This document shows positions 1 to 11,211 of a stretch of 52,114 nucleotides of DNA, one piece after another. The translations under genes and the position numbers were made by a program. The notes under the pieces were generated by a model, which made no database searches, was not told the origin of the DNA, and was given only the letters and a program-made list of their open reading frames with translations. Source of the DNA: Catajapyx aquilonaris (Eukaryota); the NCBI GenBank assembly GCA_000934665.2, contig KZ538709.1, forward strand, positions 1-52,114, given 5' to 3'. The stretch's first letter is position 1, and each line of letters starts with the position of its first letter.

Positions 1-2039
1 AATCGCTGTGAACTTTGGATATGTTATTCTCCACATTTTTCTGAACAAATGGTGAAAAGTTCATCTCTATTGCAGTTTATTTGGGGGTTATGGGGCCATT
101 TTTCGTATCTTTCCTGCACTAGTGTCACATAGGTACTTTTTGCGTTGTCCCGGACGAAGCAAGCGTCGGACACTCCGGGACTTTTACGTACTGTTTGAGA
201 ACATCATGAAGGACAACTGTACCAAAAATTAGCTTTCTCCCTCAAATTTCCAGGTTAAAACCTATCTTGACTGGACTACAGGTGGATTATTTGACAAGGG
301 GAAAAAAATCTTGTGACACATTCTGTTGTGCAAAAAAATTGCAATAAAATGACTTAGGTACTTTTACCTGTTCAAATGACAAAATGTAGGTAATTATACT
401 ACATGAATCCATTATTTTCAGGCCAAAATACTACATTTCACAATGTTGACTTTACTATATCAAATGGCAACATACAGTCATGCCAGTTGCATCATTACAT
501 ACCAATTACCCAATCATTGTTGCATAAAACTGACAGTTCCGGACTTCTGCTGGACAATAGGCTAACAGCTGCTTGACATCATTACTTTTAGTTGGTTTCA
601 AAGGCTTGAAACCCTCCTCTGCCTTCAAACTTTTGTTGTAATTGATAAGACTTGAGAGTCCTACTCCTCGTTTCAATATGACTGCCACATCTGTGTATGG
701 ACCAGTCATTGTAGGTCTTGACACTGGCCTTTTACCCTTGGGGAAATGGATGCTTCTAATTTTCTGCAATCCTGGCATGGTAGGCAATAGTAGGTCATCC
801 AGGACTTCCTTATGATTCTCCACTGAAACCACTGTGTGTGTGTCTTTCTGTAGGTTTGATATCAGTGGATGTTTGACATAGCGTACCTGAAACTTTGAAG
901 GCTTTTGCCTAGATTCTTCAATGACCTCTATCCAATCTTCGGGGGTGTAGACTTTATCTTTCTTTCGCCGCCTTTTTTCCACAAGGGCAAAGTCTGCATC
1001 GCAAGGTAGACGACTGTGCCCAGGAATAGGGTAATGAACAGTTGCAGAATGTAGTTTCAGCCTATTTACAATAGAATGCAGGAAACCAAAAAAGTACCTG
1101 TTCTTATTATGTGCAGCAGCACAGTTGTCTGCAAAAATGACTACATGTTTCATGTCTGGATTTTCACCCACTTTCTCTGAAATATAATTTTCTAAGCAAG
1201 ATATGACTTGGTCAGGACCCTTTCCAGTGTAGTGTTCTGCCCATGTGTATACATGATAGCTTTATCATTTCCCATGTCTTGAATGTTGAAGACATTAAGC
1301 CATAACTGCATCTTGTAATATTCCACACTAACATTAGTTACTGGCAGTGGCAGGTTTTTTTGAAAATCCATATAGCAATTATAACACAGTATGTGTTATC
1401 AAGTTTTGCTTCTCTACGTGTGGTATAAAACGCCTCTCCTTTCCTGTGATGTATATGTCAAGCAGTTTTGTCACTTCTCCCAAATGGGCTTTAGCATTTG
1501 ATGTTGACGTGATTGTCCTCTCTGTGTCACGAATATCAACTGCCAACTTTTCACAAGTGGCACATATGTCGCTTCGAGGAAACCCAAATTTGATGTTAAA
1601 TTCATGATTGAATACATGACGGTAGAAGCGGTAGCTACACTTGAATCCACAGTTTTCTGCATTATAGTACATGCTGTGCATTTTTGAAATGTTCAGTTTC
1701 GCGTCTAAGTACCGCTTGTTACTTGCCTTGGCTCTGGAATAATGTGTGACTCACGTGCTTTAAAGCTAGAGATGTGTTGTGTCACCCTTTCTAACATGTC
1801 AGAAGATGTCTTATTTGGTGGTACTTTTGATCCTCTCTTATCTGTGTGCACCTCACCACCAGTCCTTGTACCTTCTTGCGTAGGCGTGCATCCGTGATAC
1901 AATGAAGTGCACAAAATGACTTCTTGCACACTGTGGTGGATATGTTGTTGACAGTAACAATGTACTTGTATGAGCACGTCTTGGGTTGTCTTCTTTTTTC
2001 CTCAGGGACATCCCGCTTCCGCCTCTGTTTCACCTTTAA

Positions 2040-2541
2040 AGGGACACTCCACTCAAAATACAAGTTGATCTGTAAAAATCAGGCAAAAAATCCTGATTCC
2101 GGTGGTGCCATCCGTTTTTTTCTACGGCGAACGGTAACCCGAGAAATAAATGGCAAAGTAGGCCGCCTGCAAACCCCCTCCCCCTCCGCGGTCTTGGCGA
2201 CACTCCCCCGGCCACTTGGCGACGTTGGATAGTAGCGCCGCCCTTCCCAACGGCGACTTGGATAAGTTGCCTGCGGGTATGGGGATCCGTGGGGATCTGG
2301 TTGTGTCCGAAGCCAACTTCCCCTAGTGCCCGTTGGGAAGGGCGGCGCTCTATCCAACGTCGCCTAACTTGGCCAGGTGGCCAGGCGGCGCCACTCTCGA
2401 ACACTCCTCGAATTTTTTCCTACTTTCGTCTCTTCCCCTGACATTACCGTTCGTCTCAGAGATAAACGGATGGTATCACCGGAATCAGGATTTTTTGCCT
2501 GATTTTTACAGATCAACTTGTATTTTGAGTGGAGTGTCCCT
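2040..2541. mobile_element. Kolobok-type MITE
   Basis: About 75-bp TIRs AGGGACACTCCACTCAAAATACAAG.../...CTTGTATTTTGAGTGGAGTGTCCCT; TTAA TSD at 2036-2039 and 2542-2545; inner inverted repeat at about 2218-2253 / 2329-2364. Confidence 0.85.
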
Positions 2542-2944
2542 TTAAAGATATATAGGTAATGAAAAATATTTCAGACTAGTCACAGGAAGTTATCTTGGAT
2601 ACAACAGCATTATTTTTTTGCAGTACCAGAAGCATGACCTTCTCATTCTCAATTGCAGTGTAGGCCTACCTACCTCATGTAACTGCAAGCATCCCTGTAG
2701 GTAGACGTTTTGTTTCACATGGTCGCCAATGTCATTGAAACGTTGCAGTACTGCTCCTCGTTCTTCAAGTGAAAATTTCTAGGAGCAATGACACCGACAC
2801 ATTGGTAGTTCCTGGAGTGTCCTAGCAACTACAGGTGTTTTTCTAGGCTTTTTTTGGGACGTAAAACTGACGTGAGAGTTGCGCATTTATAGTGTCAGTG
2901 TGTCTATATTATTCACGCATACACAAACCAACTCTCTTATGCTG

Positions 2945-3165
2945 CACTGTTTGTTCATTGGTTTGTTGGTTGGTTGGTTTGGAAGGGTTACCCAGCTCTA
3001 GCCTTGGCAGCCGGGGGTAGGAGAGGAAGGTGTGGGATTGCAAGGTAGAGGGGTGAGCAGGGTGGGGGAGAGGAGGGCTGGACCCGGCTGTACTGCAATG
3101 CCGGGTCCAACCCAGGGACGGGGGTGGGATATTCTCCCAAGCACCCCGTCCGACCACTCGATGTT
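2945..3165 (-). mobile_element. Probable SINE or other retroposon 3' fragment with (ACCA)n-like tail, in intron 1 of the Sola transposase
   Basis: GC-rich block with a small hairpin (CTGGACCCGGC..GCCGGGTCCA) ending in a simple-repeat tail; no TSD or tRNA head identified. Confidence 0.4.
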
Positions 3166-3645
3166 TGTTCAGAGGCAGAGAGGCCTAATATTACCTTTGG
3201 GTTTGAGTGTCTTCCGGACATTTTCCTTCCAATTTCTCTCTTCTCGTAGCCGTTTTTGACCACGCGCACGCGGGCCATCTCTTGTCGTCCTATTTAAGTC
3301 CATGCCAGCCTCGCAGGTCCCTTTGCATCACACTTTTAGGGCCTTCGGCGCCTTACTCTGTCAGAGTAAGGCAGCCGTCCGACAGCAGGCCGATGGACGC
3401 CGCCATTTTGTCACGTGCTCCGAAATTGCCGCCTCATTGGCTGCTTCTGACTTGGGTGCTTCTTCCTGCTCAATAATAATTTTTCCACTTTTGCAAGGAG
3501 GTGGGAACTTGACTTAGGCATTTTTCTCGACAATTTTAATTTCAGCATAAAATTCCGCAGTACAAGCTTGTTGTCTTCCGCCCGTTACTTAATTTGCCCA
3601 CTTTACGGACTTAGGTACTTTTACCGTTCAACGCTTAGGCTGTTA

Positions 3646-4180
3646 AGGCGGGTTCACACTAGCTGACGGGAGCACACGAAACGAACGGAACGGTATGACG
3701 GAACGAACGGAAAGAGGGGAAAGGTGTTCAGACACAAAAGCGAGTGGCGTGGCTTTAGCCTCCGTATCCCGCAGCGCATGCGCTGTGCTTGAATTCTCGG
3801 GGAGGAAGCCGGATCTCCCTCGGGCTCTCCCTCTCTTCGGACCGGTATCATACCCTTCTCTTCTCCCATCTCCCGAGGCCCGCTCCCCCTGGGTCTCGAC
3901 TCCCGACTGATGTCCTTCGTCCTGTCCCCGCCAGAGGCGCTGCCGGCTTTCCCTTTCACTTTCGATCGCCACACCCCTGCCGCTTTCCTGGCTCTTCCAT
4001 TGGTGGATAGGTCCGTAAGCCTACGTATTCCGTATTCCGTGTCCGTCAGAAGTTCATTTCTCCCGTATTTTCCGTTTCGCAATCCCTTTCACTTTTCGTC
4101 ATCCTCAAGTGGGCTCTGATTGGTCCACTCTTTCGGATCGTTCTTTTCGTATGCTCCCGTCAGCTAGTGTGAACCCACCT
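3646..4180. mobile_element. PIF/Harbinger-type MITE
   Basis: About 40-bp TIRs AGGCGGGTTCACACTAGCTGACGGGAGCA / TGCTCCCGTCAGCTAGTGTGAACCCACCT; flanks TTA and TGA (TWA-type TSD with one mismatch). Confidence 0.8.
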
Positions 4181-5840
4181 TGAGTATTTGGTTCTATCAA
4201 TAATACTTTGGTTTCTATCAAACGTTGAAAGTGTATATTTCTTTTATAGTAACCCTGTATAGTATTTATAATACTGATGTCACAAGCCTATCGTTAATAG
4301 TTGCATTACCCCACTAATAACATGGACAAGTATCTTATTCAGACTGCCAAATGCCTGCAGTCTGGAACACGGCACAATCCGTAAATTCATTTTTTCCATT
4401 TATCGCCGCAGACGGGTAGGTTGTAATGGCTCCACAAGTAGAGGCCCAAACTGCCTAACAGGTCATAATTATATCATGATTGAAGCTCCTTTTTTTATAT
4501 AAATAATTGATAATCATAATCATCATTAAAATGTGGTGCATCCACATTGTGCTCAAATTACTTCTCCCTGTGTAGTGTATGTGTATATTAATACAATAAT
4601 TGCACATGAAAAATAGCCTAAGGTTGAGTTTAAAAACAGGCTCTCCCCTTGCATGACATTCCGCATAGTTGAGCATCCTGTGGCTACTTTAGACAGACAT
4701 TCTGGAATTTTAAAGGCAGATAGGCTACAATTTGTGCGAAAATTGAAGTGTTTCAGTTAAAAGCAGATAGTAGGCCTATATAATATAAGTACGGCAAAGA
4801 AAGTGACGTCCGTATAGTTGTATAAAACTTTGTGCAATTTTACTGCAGGACAAACTTTGTGCTGCCAAAAATATTGAGACGCAGCAGTATTAGAGCTTTG
4901 GAATAACCATCATCTCCTACCTAAAGCACGGCGCGAGAAACTGTCGTAAAGGGGCCACAGATTTGTGGGACCCTCAGTATATTCGCAATCAATTACAAAG
5001 TTACGCTTACGTGCTTTAACGCCAAAATTGCACTGTAAAGGTCATATAGGCACTACTGGTTACTCATTTCTAAAGTGACCTAAATCTCAAAATTGTATTC
5101 TGGTCACAAAATTAATAAGGCATTACTTACCCGCAACCTGCTTTTGCGTGATGAATCGATTGGCACATATGAAATCATTAAATTATACGAAAAATTCTGA
5201 CCGTGTCAATTAAAGCGTTAAGGATCTAATTCCGAACTACTGTCACGTCTAATTTTAACGCTACTCCCTGTAATAACAAGATATACGGTATGCTCTGTGT
5301 TGCCGCCGGGTTTGAATATTGCTCTTCAGCTATGTCAACAACAAGCCATTTTCCAAACTATCTGCATAGTAAGTGTCACATTTTCATACATAATATAGAA
5401 TATCATGCTTAATGATGTTTCGAAAATAACGTCCTTCCATCGATAGGGATCCAGTTCATGCAAAGAGATCTGAGGGGTTAAGTCCTGGAATCCTCTGTTA
5501 AAATACATACAACAAGGCCAATATTATGATAATTAGTCAATAATCGGCCATTGTCCTACATGATAACAGCGGATGGACCCACTAAAACCAGTTGCAACCC
5601 AAACATAGCTATATCAACATAGCCCAAAAGCTCTTTCACAATGTATCAGAATATCAACCGAACGCTCAAGGCATGAAAACCAATGAAAACATTCAATATA
5701 CACCCCCTACCTAAAAATAACCTGTGGTATCATATACCAGGATTATGCATTTCCAGTAATAATTTCTCTGTTGTATGTGTGCACCCATCACTCATGTATG
5801 CAATATCCGCTTGCAAAATTTTCATTTCATTTTCGCACAG

Positions 5841-5986
5841 GATTTATCATTGTAGCGGCTTGTGTTATGACATTCGAAGCTCGAGACAGTGCTGCCAAAG
5901 TAGTTCCCGCCAGATTCATCACAAAAGGACCAGGTCGTGCTGCCAGTACAAGAGGCTTACCACTTCCCTACAGGTCATCAAAGCAG
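5841..5986 (+). CDS. TMEM200: Internal exon of a TMEM200/DUF2371-like membrane protein (end of a TM helix)
   Basis: Acceptor TTTCATTTTCGCACAG, donor CAG|GTAATC; encodes (G)FIIVAACVMTFEARDSAAKVVPARF..RSSKQ, resembling the TMEM200 motif [21 protein letters not shown]; phase-0 end matches the exon at 10266. Upstream exons not found in the window. Confidence 0.75.
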
Positions 5987-6792
5987 GTAATCTCACCCAA
6001 CTTATACACTAGCTCTGAAAACCCACACCATATACCGCAACGCAAGTCCCTTGGTTTCCTCCCAGCTCCACTCCAACCGCGAATAGTTATTTCAACCCAC
6101 TGCAATTGCGTACTTGTAAATTGGTGCCTGGTTAAAGTGTGCGTTGGATGCTTTGGATTGGTACTGACTCGTAGCCGTTTCATCCAGGCAGCCTTCTTCC
6201 TAATAGCTTTCTTTCGAAATTATTGACTCGCGAAGGCAGAGAGAAGCTCAAAGGCTGTGCTTTGCAAGGATTCTCCAGTTGAGCCGCTTAATACAGTAGT
6301 CCACCTTTTCGGAACGGCTAGCTCTAGCTTCCCATTGCCTCTTTTGCAGGCTACAGTGCGATGAAAGCGACTTTCAACCAGTCTCATCTTGCCGCAGAAT
6401 TTCATCTGTAAATAATTGGACCCATTTCAAAGGCCCTTTGTAGGATTCTGGACAGCGTCAATATTCATTCCGATGTTCATAGCGTTGTTGCTGGTTGCTT
6501 GCGGTAATAATCAGTCAAAAGGTGTTTGCAAAATATGAAAAGTGTCGACATGTTATACTGCAATGTGAGGGTGAAAGCCAACTCGCATGGTTTATGCGGA
6601 TGAAAAATGTAGGGGGGGGGGGGGGGGAGCTTAAACATGAGTGAATAATGANAGCTATGTAGGTGTGGAGTAATCATATATTATGTCAGCGAAAGTCTCA
6701 GAAGCGGCTTTTCCAACTGGTATTTTTGCCACTAGAATACCAGATCATAACCAGACCAATTCTGCTCTTTTGGAATAGCGTCAGAAGTACTA

Positions 6793-6885
6793 TCATGCTG
6801 TGACATATTTTTCGGTGAGGAGATTGTCACAATCTCCTCACCGCAAAATGCACAATCTCCTCACCGCAAAATGTCGCAGCATGAT
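6793..6885. repeat. Small hairpin element with a 23-bp tandem duplication in its right arm
   Basis: ATCATGCTGTGACAT..GGTGAGGAGATTGT pairs with CACAATCTCCTCACCGCAAAATG (x2) + TCGCAGCATGAT. Confidence 0.65.
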
Positions 6886-7303
6886 TCCCGAATCATTTTT
6901 CGCTTTATAAATTCGCGTGATATTGCAACGTAATTACATTGCTGTAAGCTGTATATAACTTTGTATAATATTTTATAGGAATGTGATATGCTTAAATACT
7001 AATTAATGCCAATTAGGATTCAAACTCACAGGCTATATACAGCACCAGTACCTAATTTGTCTTTTTCACATGCTGTCGCAGCCAGTTGGTCCATAATGAT
7101 TAATTAGTGTAAAACTAATAACTGGACTAATATTGTAGTGAAATATTTAATACACCAGAGTTTACAGCACACAATACAGAATTAGCAGACAGCGCGCGGA
7201 ACTTTTATTCGGCAATAATACAATCATATTCGGCACTATAGAGGTAAATTAGATGTCATCAGTTAATGTAATTTGTAATTTGTAGAATTGGGAATAATAA
7301 CTT

Positions 7304-7355
7304 CATCGCTTCATCGCCTTCATCGCTGACTACCCCTCATAGGGAAATGTCGTGA

Positions 7356-7387
<32 letters not shown>
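7304..7387 (+). mobile_element. Extremely 5'-truncated non-LTR retroposon end with (GTT)n tail, RTE-like
   Basis: Exact 16-bp TSD TTGGGAATAATAACTT at 7288-7303 and 7388-7403; short stem-loop CCCTCATAGGG before the tail. Confidence 0.75.
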
Positions 7388-7389
<2 letters not shown>

Positions 7390-8693
7390 GGGAATAATAA
7401 CTTAAAATAGGCCATACTTTCGTTTACGAAAAAACAGAAAAATACTAAAGCCATGCTTTAAAATTATTGATTCATAACAACCGCATTATTGTGATGCTGC
7501 ATAGTTGTGCTACATGTGTACACTACATCCAATCAATTGCCAATTATGTGTATTTACTATTCAACAGCAAATCTGTTGAAAGTAACATTTTACAGCGAGA
7601 TACTGGTTTACATTACAGTATGCCGTACTACTGATCCTTAGCGGCAAATCATTTTGTGAAGGATAAGGGGAAAAAAAAAGGAAATGTTACGCCAGCCTTA
7701 AAAAATCACTTCAGTAATTGCATTTGGAGTTTCATTTCTTAAGTGGAACGATTTCAATCATTAAAATTTAACGCAGAATAAGGGACTAATGGAATTGGTT
7801 GCTTTATGCTGCACCTTTTGTAAAACTGTACTGTAGGTATACAACGTATGTCATCCGGAAAAGATAAGTCTAGAAAGCAATAGCCTGTGGGTTGGAAATC
7901 TAAATTAATTTTAAAGGCAGATATACTCAATACTCAAGGGATTCCTTCATAGAAACCCGTCCATGAAAATGTCCAACAAAGGGGCTATATTTAAAATTAA
8001 ACTTAATTAAATTTAACGCAGTCAAAGTTCATAAAAGGATTTGCAAAATACCCCGTAACAAATAATATACGGCTTCAAGGATTGCAACCATGCATTATTT
8101 TTGGTACAGTTAGAAGAACTTGGAAGTTAAAGGTCTGTCTAATTTGTAAGTTGACTCTTTCCTTGTTTCTTATCAACTTACGGCAACGTCATTAAATCTC
8201 ACGGGGAACTAGCCTTGTTTACAGCAGCCAATCAGATACGACGTTGCCTCCCCAAGGAGGAACTTGACATGGTCGATGAGGAAAAAGGGGAAATGGGGTC
8301 AACTGCAGTAAAATTGAGTTAAATACTGTAGCTAACAATTTCCATCACGAGGCCTACATGATTGTATTCTGAGTATGTGCCATTTAACAAGAATGAGATG
8401 TGCGCCAAAAAAATAATTCTCATTATAAGAGATCATTAATAAATTGGCTGTTGTGTAGCTGTATAAATTGAAGGTACGAATACGAGTTCAAAGTCCGAGT
8501 CTTGGAATGATCTCGAAGGATCTGTTAGGGTCACATCGGATAAACGATTCGATCTAGTTTCGTCTAGTTTCTATAGGTCAGTAGGGCTACTGTGTACTCC
8601 CCCTGAGGTACTATTAACAGCAAGATCATCATCACTTTTGATATTTCTTAACTTCGTAAAAATTCTTGGGACCTACACCAACAAACGACGGTC

Positions 8694-8694
<1 letters not shown>

Positions 8695-8774
<80 letters not shown>
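8695..8774. repeat. (TAA)n microsatellite
   Basis: About 26 uninterrupted units. Confidence 0.95.
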
Positions 8775-8775
<1 letters not shown>

Positions 8776-10014
8776 CTTTTGTGTTGATGAGCAGTATACA
8801 TTTCCGAATTATAGTTGATTACCTTAGTTTTTCACTCTTCTACGGGGTCATGCGGTTTATAGGACAACTGCGGATGCCTACTCACCTGCCTGTCACGTTT
8901 GTCACATTATCTCGTTTCCATTTGTCAGGGAATGGGGCTGCTTAGAGCAGGTCTGTCCCGCATACGAAGCTCTTTAAATGCTATTTCAGGGGAATGCTTA
9001 ACCACGGTATACGGTGTTCCTGTAGAGCGCATTTTCAAAAATTTGAAATCAACACTGCGTTGTAAAAACTACGCCTCACTTGTCACAATTTTAGGTCAAT
9101 CAGAGTTAACTAGTTTGCATGTGTAGTCATGTACAGTACATGTATTCCAGTGCATCAACACATTGCTCGCTTTACGAGTACTGTACTACAGGTGACTACA
9201 GAGCTATGGAATTATTCTACTTTTGCTTCATTCCTATGAAGTAGAGAGTAGATTATTTCGCAATATCCTGAAGTTGACTGATTTTTTATTATGTAAACTT
9301 GAGTTACGCGAGAGGCTCTCTACTCTTTGAGAGTACTGTTGCTATATTCCTGTGGGGTCAGCACGTATGAATATTTCAGTCATCCTCCTCTTTGTCGCAA
9401 TTTCAAGACAAGTGGCTAAGTAGATTGAACTCTCGGCAGAGCGAAAGGGAGCCAGCATTGTCGCAGTCTACTGTACTAGTGTAAATACTGCATTCTCAAA
9501 ATGACTACGCATAAGTCTAACGCAGTTATTGGCTGCCTTTGACTATCCAATTAGTCTTTCGCGAGTAAGACGTTTTTGTATTCCGACCTACACTCCTGAA
9601 ATTCCTTGATTTTAAAAGCTTTTTGTGAAATATTAACTCGCGGACTATAGCTGAAGTTCAAAAGGTCGTTTAGCTCTGGCTTTGGCGTGGAAGCATGTTA
9701 ACGTGACCCACTTACACAATAAAATTAGGACAATTTTTCTTTATTAGTGATACACTATGCGAAGATTGCATTACGTTTTTATGGACTACATTAGCTCGCT
9801 GCAAATGTTTCATTATGAACGTGCTCAAGATTTTTACGGATTTTTAAAACTGCCTCTACCTTAAATTATAAATTGTGTTCTGCACATGCTGTGACAACGC
9901 CACTTCTCCCAAAGGAAGTAATCTTCCAAACCGATAATTAGGGGGAAACCGAGGTCGGTTTGAAAATAGAGTCTCTGATGCCGCCACAAGCAAATTCATA
10001 TCATGCATTTTGTA

Positions 10015-10103
10015 CTATGGGCGCCAAAAAAATTGACCGGAGTTGATGGGGTATATGGCGCTATATACCCATCAACTCCGGTCAATTCTTTTGGCGCCCA
10101 TAG
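10015..10103. mobile_element. About 90-bp hairpin MITE with TA flanks
   Basis: TA|CTATGGGCGCCAAAA..TTTTGGCGCCCATAG|TA; nearly whole-length inverted repeat. Confidence 0.8.
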
Positions 10104-10265
10104 TACAACACATAAAAACGACAATCTGAATAAGAATTAATACTGTCCGAATAGTACTGTCCAGCTTATTTTAAAATTGGGACTTCCTGCCTTCCTACGC
10201 CAAAGTACTAATACGGTGCTACAGGTGAGAATGTAAGTACTGTAAATTGCACTCCTGTTCCTCAG

Positions 10266-10685
10266 AGTAGTGCCGAAGTACGAAGCACGAGCAGCCAGAC
10301 GTATTGGGACTCACTATTGGCGCAATCGAACACTCCGCCCATGTGTACATCTCCGGGAAGCCACGAGCTGCAGAGACGAGCCATCACCACGGCCTTCCTG
10401 CAGTTTTCCCGTACACTACAGTCCTCAATGGACTCCGGAAGTGGTCATCTGACCCACTCAGAGCGTCAGTTGCACAAGTGCCCGTCGGCGCCCAACGTGG
10501 CCCAGGCCTTCCCCATACCACTAGAGGCCTCTGGGTTGCCGCACCATAACCACCATCATCACCGGCCCCACTACCACCAAAACCCAGCCATCAACAAGCA
10601 AAATCAGCCGTCACCGAAGCGTCTTCTTCTACTGCAATCAGCTTCTGGAGCGAGGAGCAGAGAGCGATTCATGCTGACACGTCAG
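10266..10685 (+). CDS. TMEM200: Penultimate coding exon of the TMEM200-like gene (low-complexity tail with His-rich run)
   Basis: Acceptor CTCCTGTTCCTCAG, donor CAG|GTATGT, phase 0/0, open frame SSAEVRSTSSQ..HELQRRAITTAFLQFSRTLQ..RERFMLTRQ; GC-rich relative to flanks. Confidence 0.75.
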
Positions 10686-10746
10686 GTATGTTCGTTGGCT
10701 GTCCATACTATCGCTAATTATCAAAAGAGATGGTCTTCCGTTGCAG

Positions 10747-11211
10747 GCGATGTCAGTCGACGCCTATGCCATCCAGACCGATTCTGATCTGGAAGGCTGG
10801 CGTCGTGGCGCCTCTGGCTCCTCCTGCTCGGCAGAAGCAGCAGCTGAAGAAGAGCGTCTTCCTTTAGGTGCCAGTGCTGCAGGTGTTAACTCTGGATCAG
10901 AAGATTCAATGGCTATGGACTTGCATCTTCCAGATTGCTCGGTCACCATCAAGGTACGGGACGAGTCGCGGTCTCCTGGTCGTCGCAGAGCAGAGGTTAC
11001 AGTAGAGACTGCTGAAAAAGCTCCTCTCTTGCATGGACAACCAAAAGAAGTGGCACCTAGAGCTAGCCCCAGCAGAGGGAGACATATGGCTCATCTTCGG
11101 TCTGAGACTTCTCGACGACATATGTTCACCAGGCAGAAGCCGGTGAATAGCCTCGACTCAGACAAGATGTCTGACGTTACCACGGAAGAGGGTGGGAAAG
11201 GCCTGGGTTAA
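10747..11211 (+). CDS. TMEM200: Terminal coding exon of the TMEM200-like gene
   Basis: Follows a 61-nt GT-AG intron (10686-10746, branch-like GCTAAT); frame AMSVDAYAIQ..EEGGKGLG ends at TAA. Confidence 0.75.
   Translation, partial: AMSVDAYAIQTDSDLEGWRRGASGSSCSAEAAAEEERLPLGASAAGVNSGSEDSMAMDLHLPDCSVTIKVRDESRSPGRRRAEVTVETAEKAPLLHGQPKEVAPRASPSRGRHMAHLRSETSRRHMFTRQKPVNSLDSDKMSDVTTEEGGKGLG

Larger units (their letters stand above)
506..3303 (-). pseudogene. Degraded, intron-containing Sola-type (DDD) DNA transposase
   Basis: Translated segments in order: MDLN..KRLREERNWKENVRKTLKPKG (3303-3195, then GTAATA donor); CRCHCS*KFSLEERGAVLQRFNDIGDHVKQNVYLQGCLQLHE (to 2674, GTAGGT donor); after acceptor TTTAAAG, VKQRRKR..VCKKSFCALHCI; FNIKFGFPRSDICATCE; DFQKNLPLP..YYKMQLW; WAEHYTGKGPDQVISCL; FADNCAAAHNKN; GHSRLPCDADFALVEK. 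These match Sola1/Sola2 motifs as I recall them. Several stops and frameshifts (e.g. near 1248). Confidence 0.85.

Noticed and set aside
2036..2545. Several overlapping 60-120 aa ORFs
   Set aside because: Products of a GC-rich palindromic MITE; the same peptide appears on both strands.
3643..4119. ORFs of 109 and 142 aa
   Set aside because: Within the Harbinger MITE, low complexity, no transposase or Myb/SANT motif.
5832..6405. Long minus-strand frame with two stops
   Set aside because: Partly the antisense shadow of the TMEM200-like exon; no recognisable domain.
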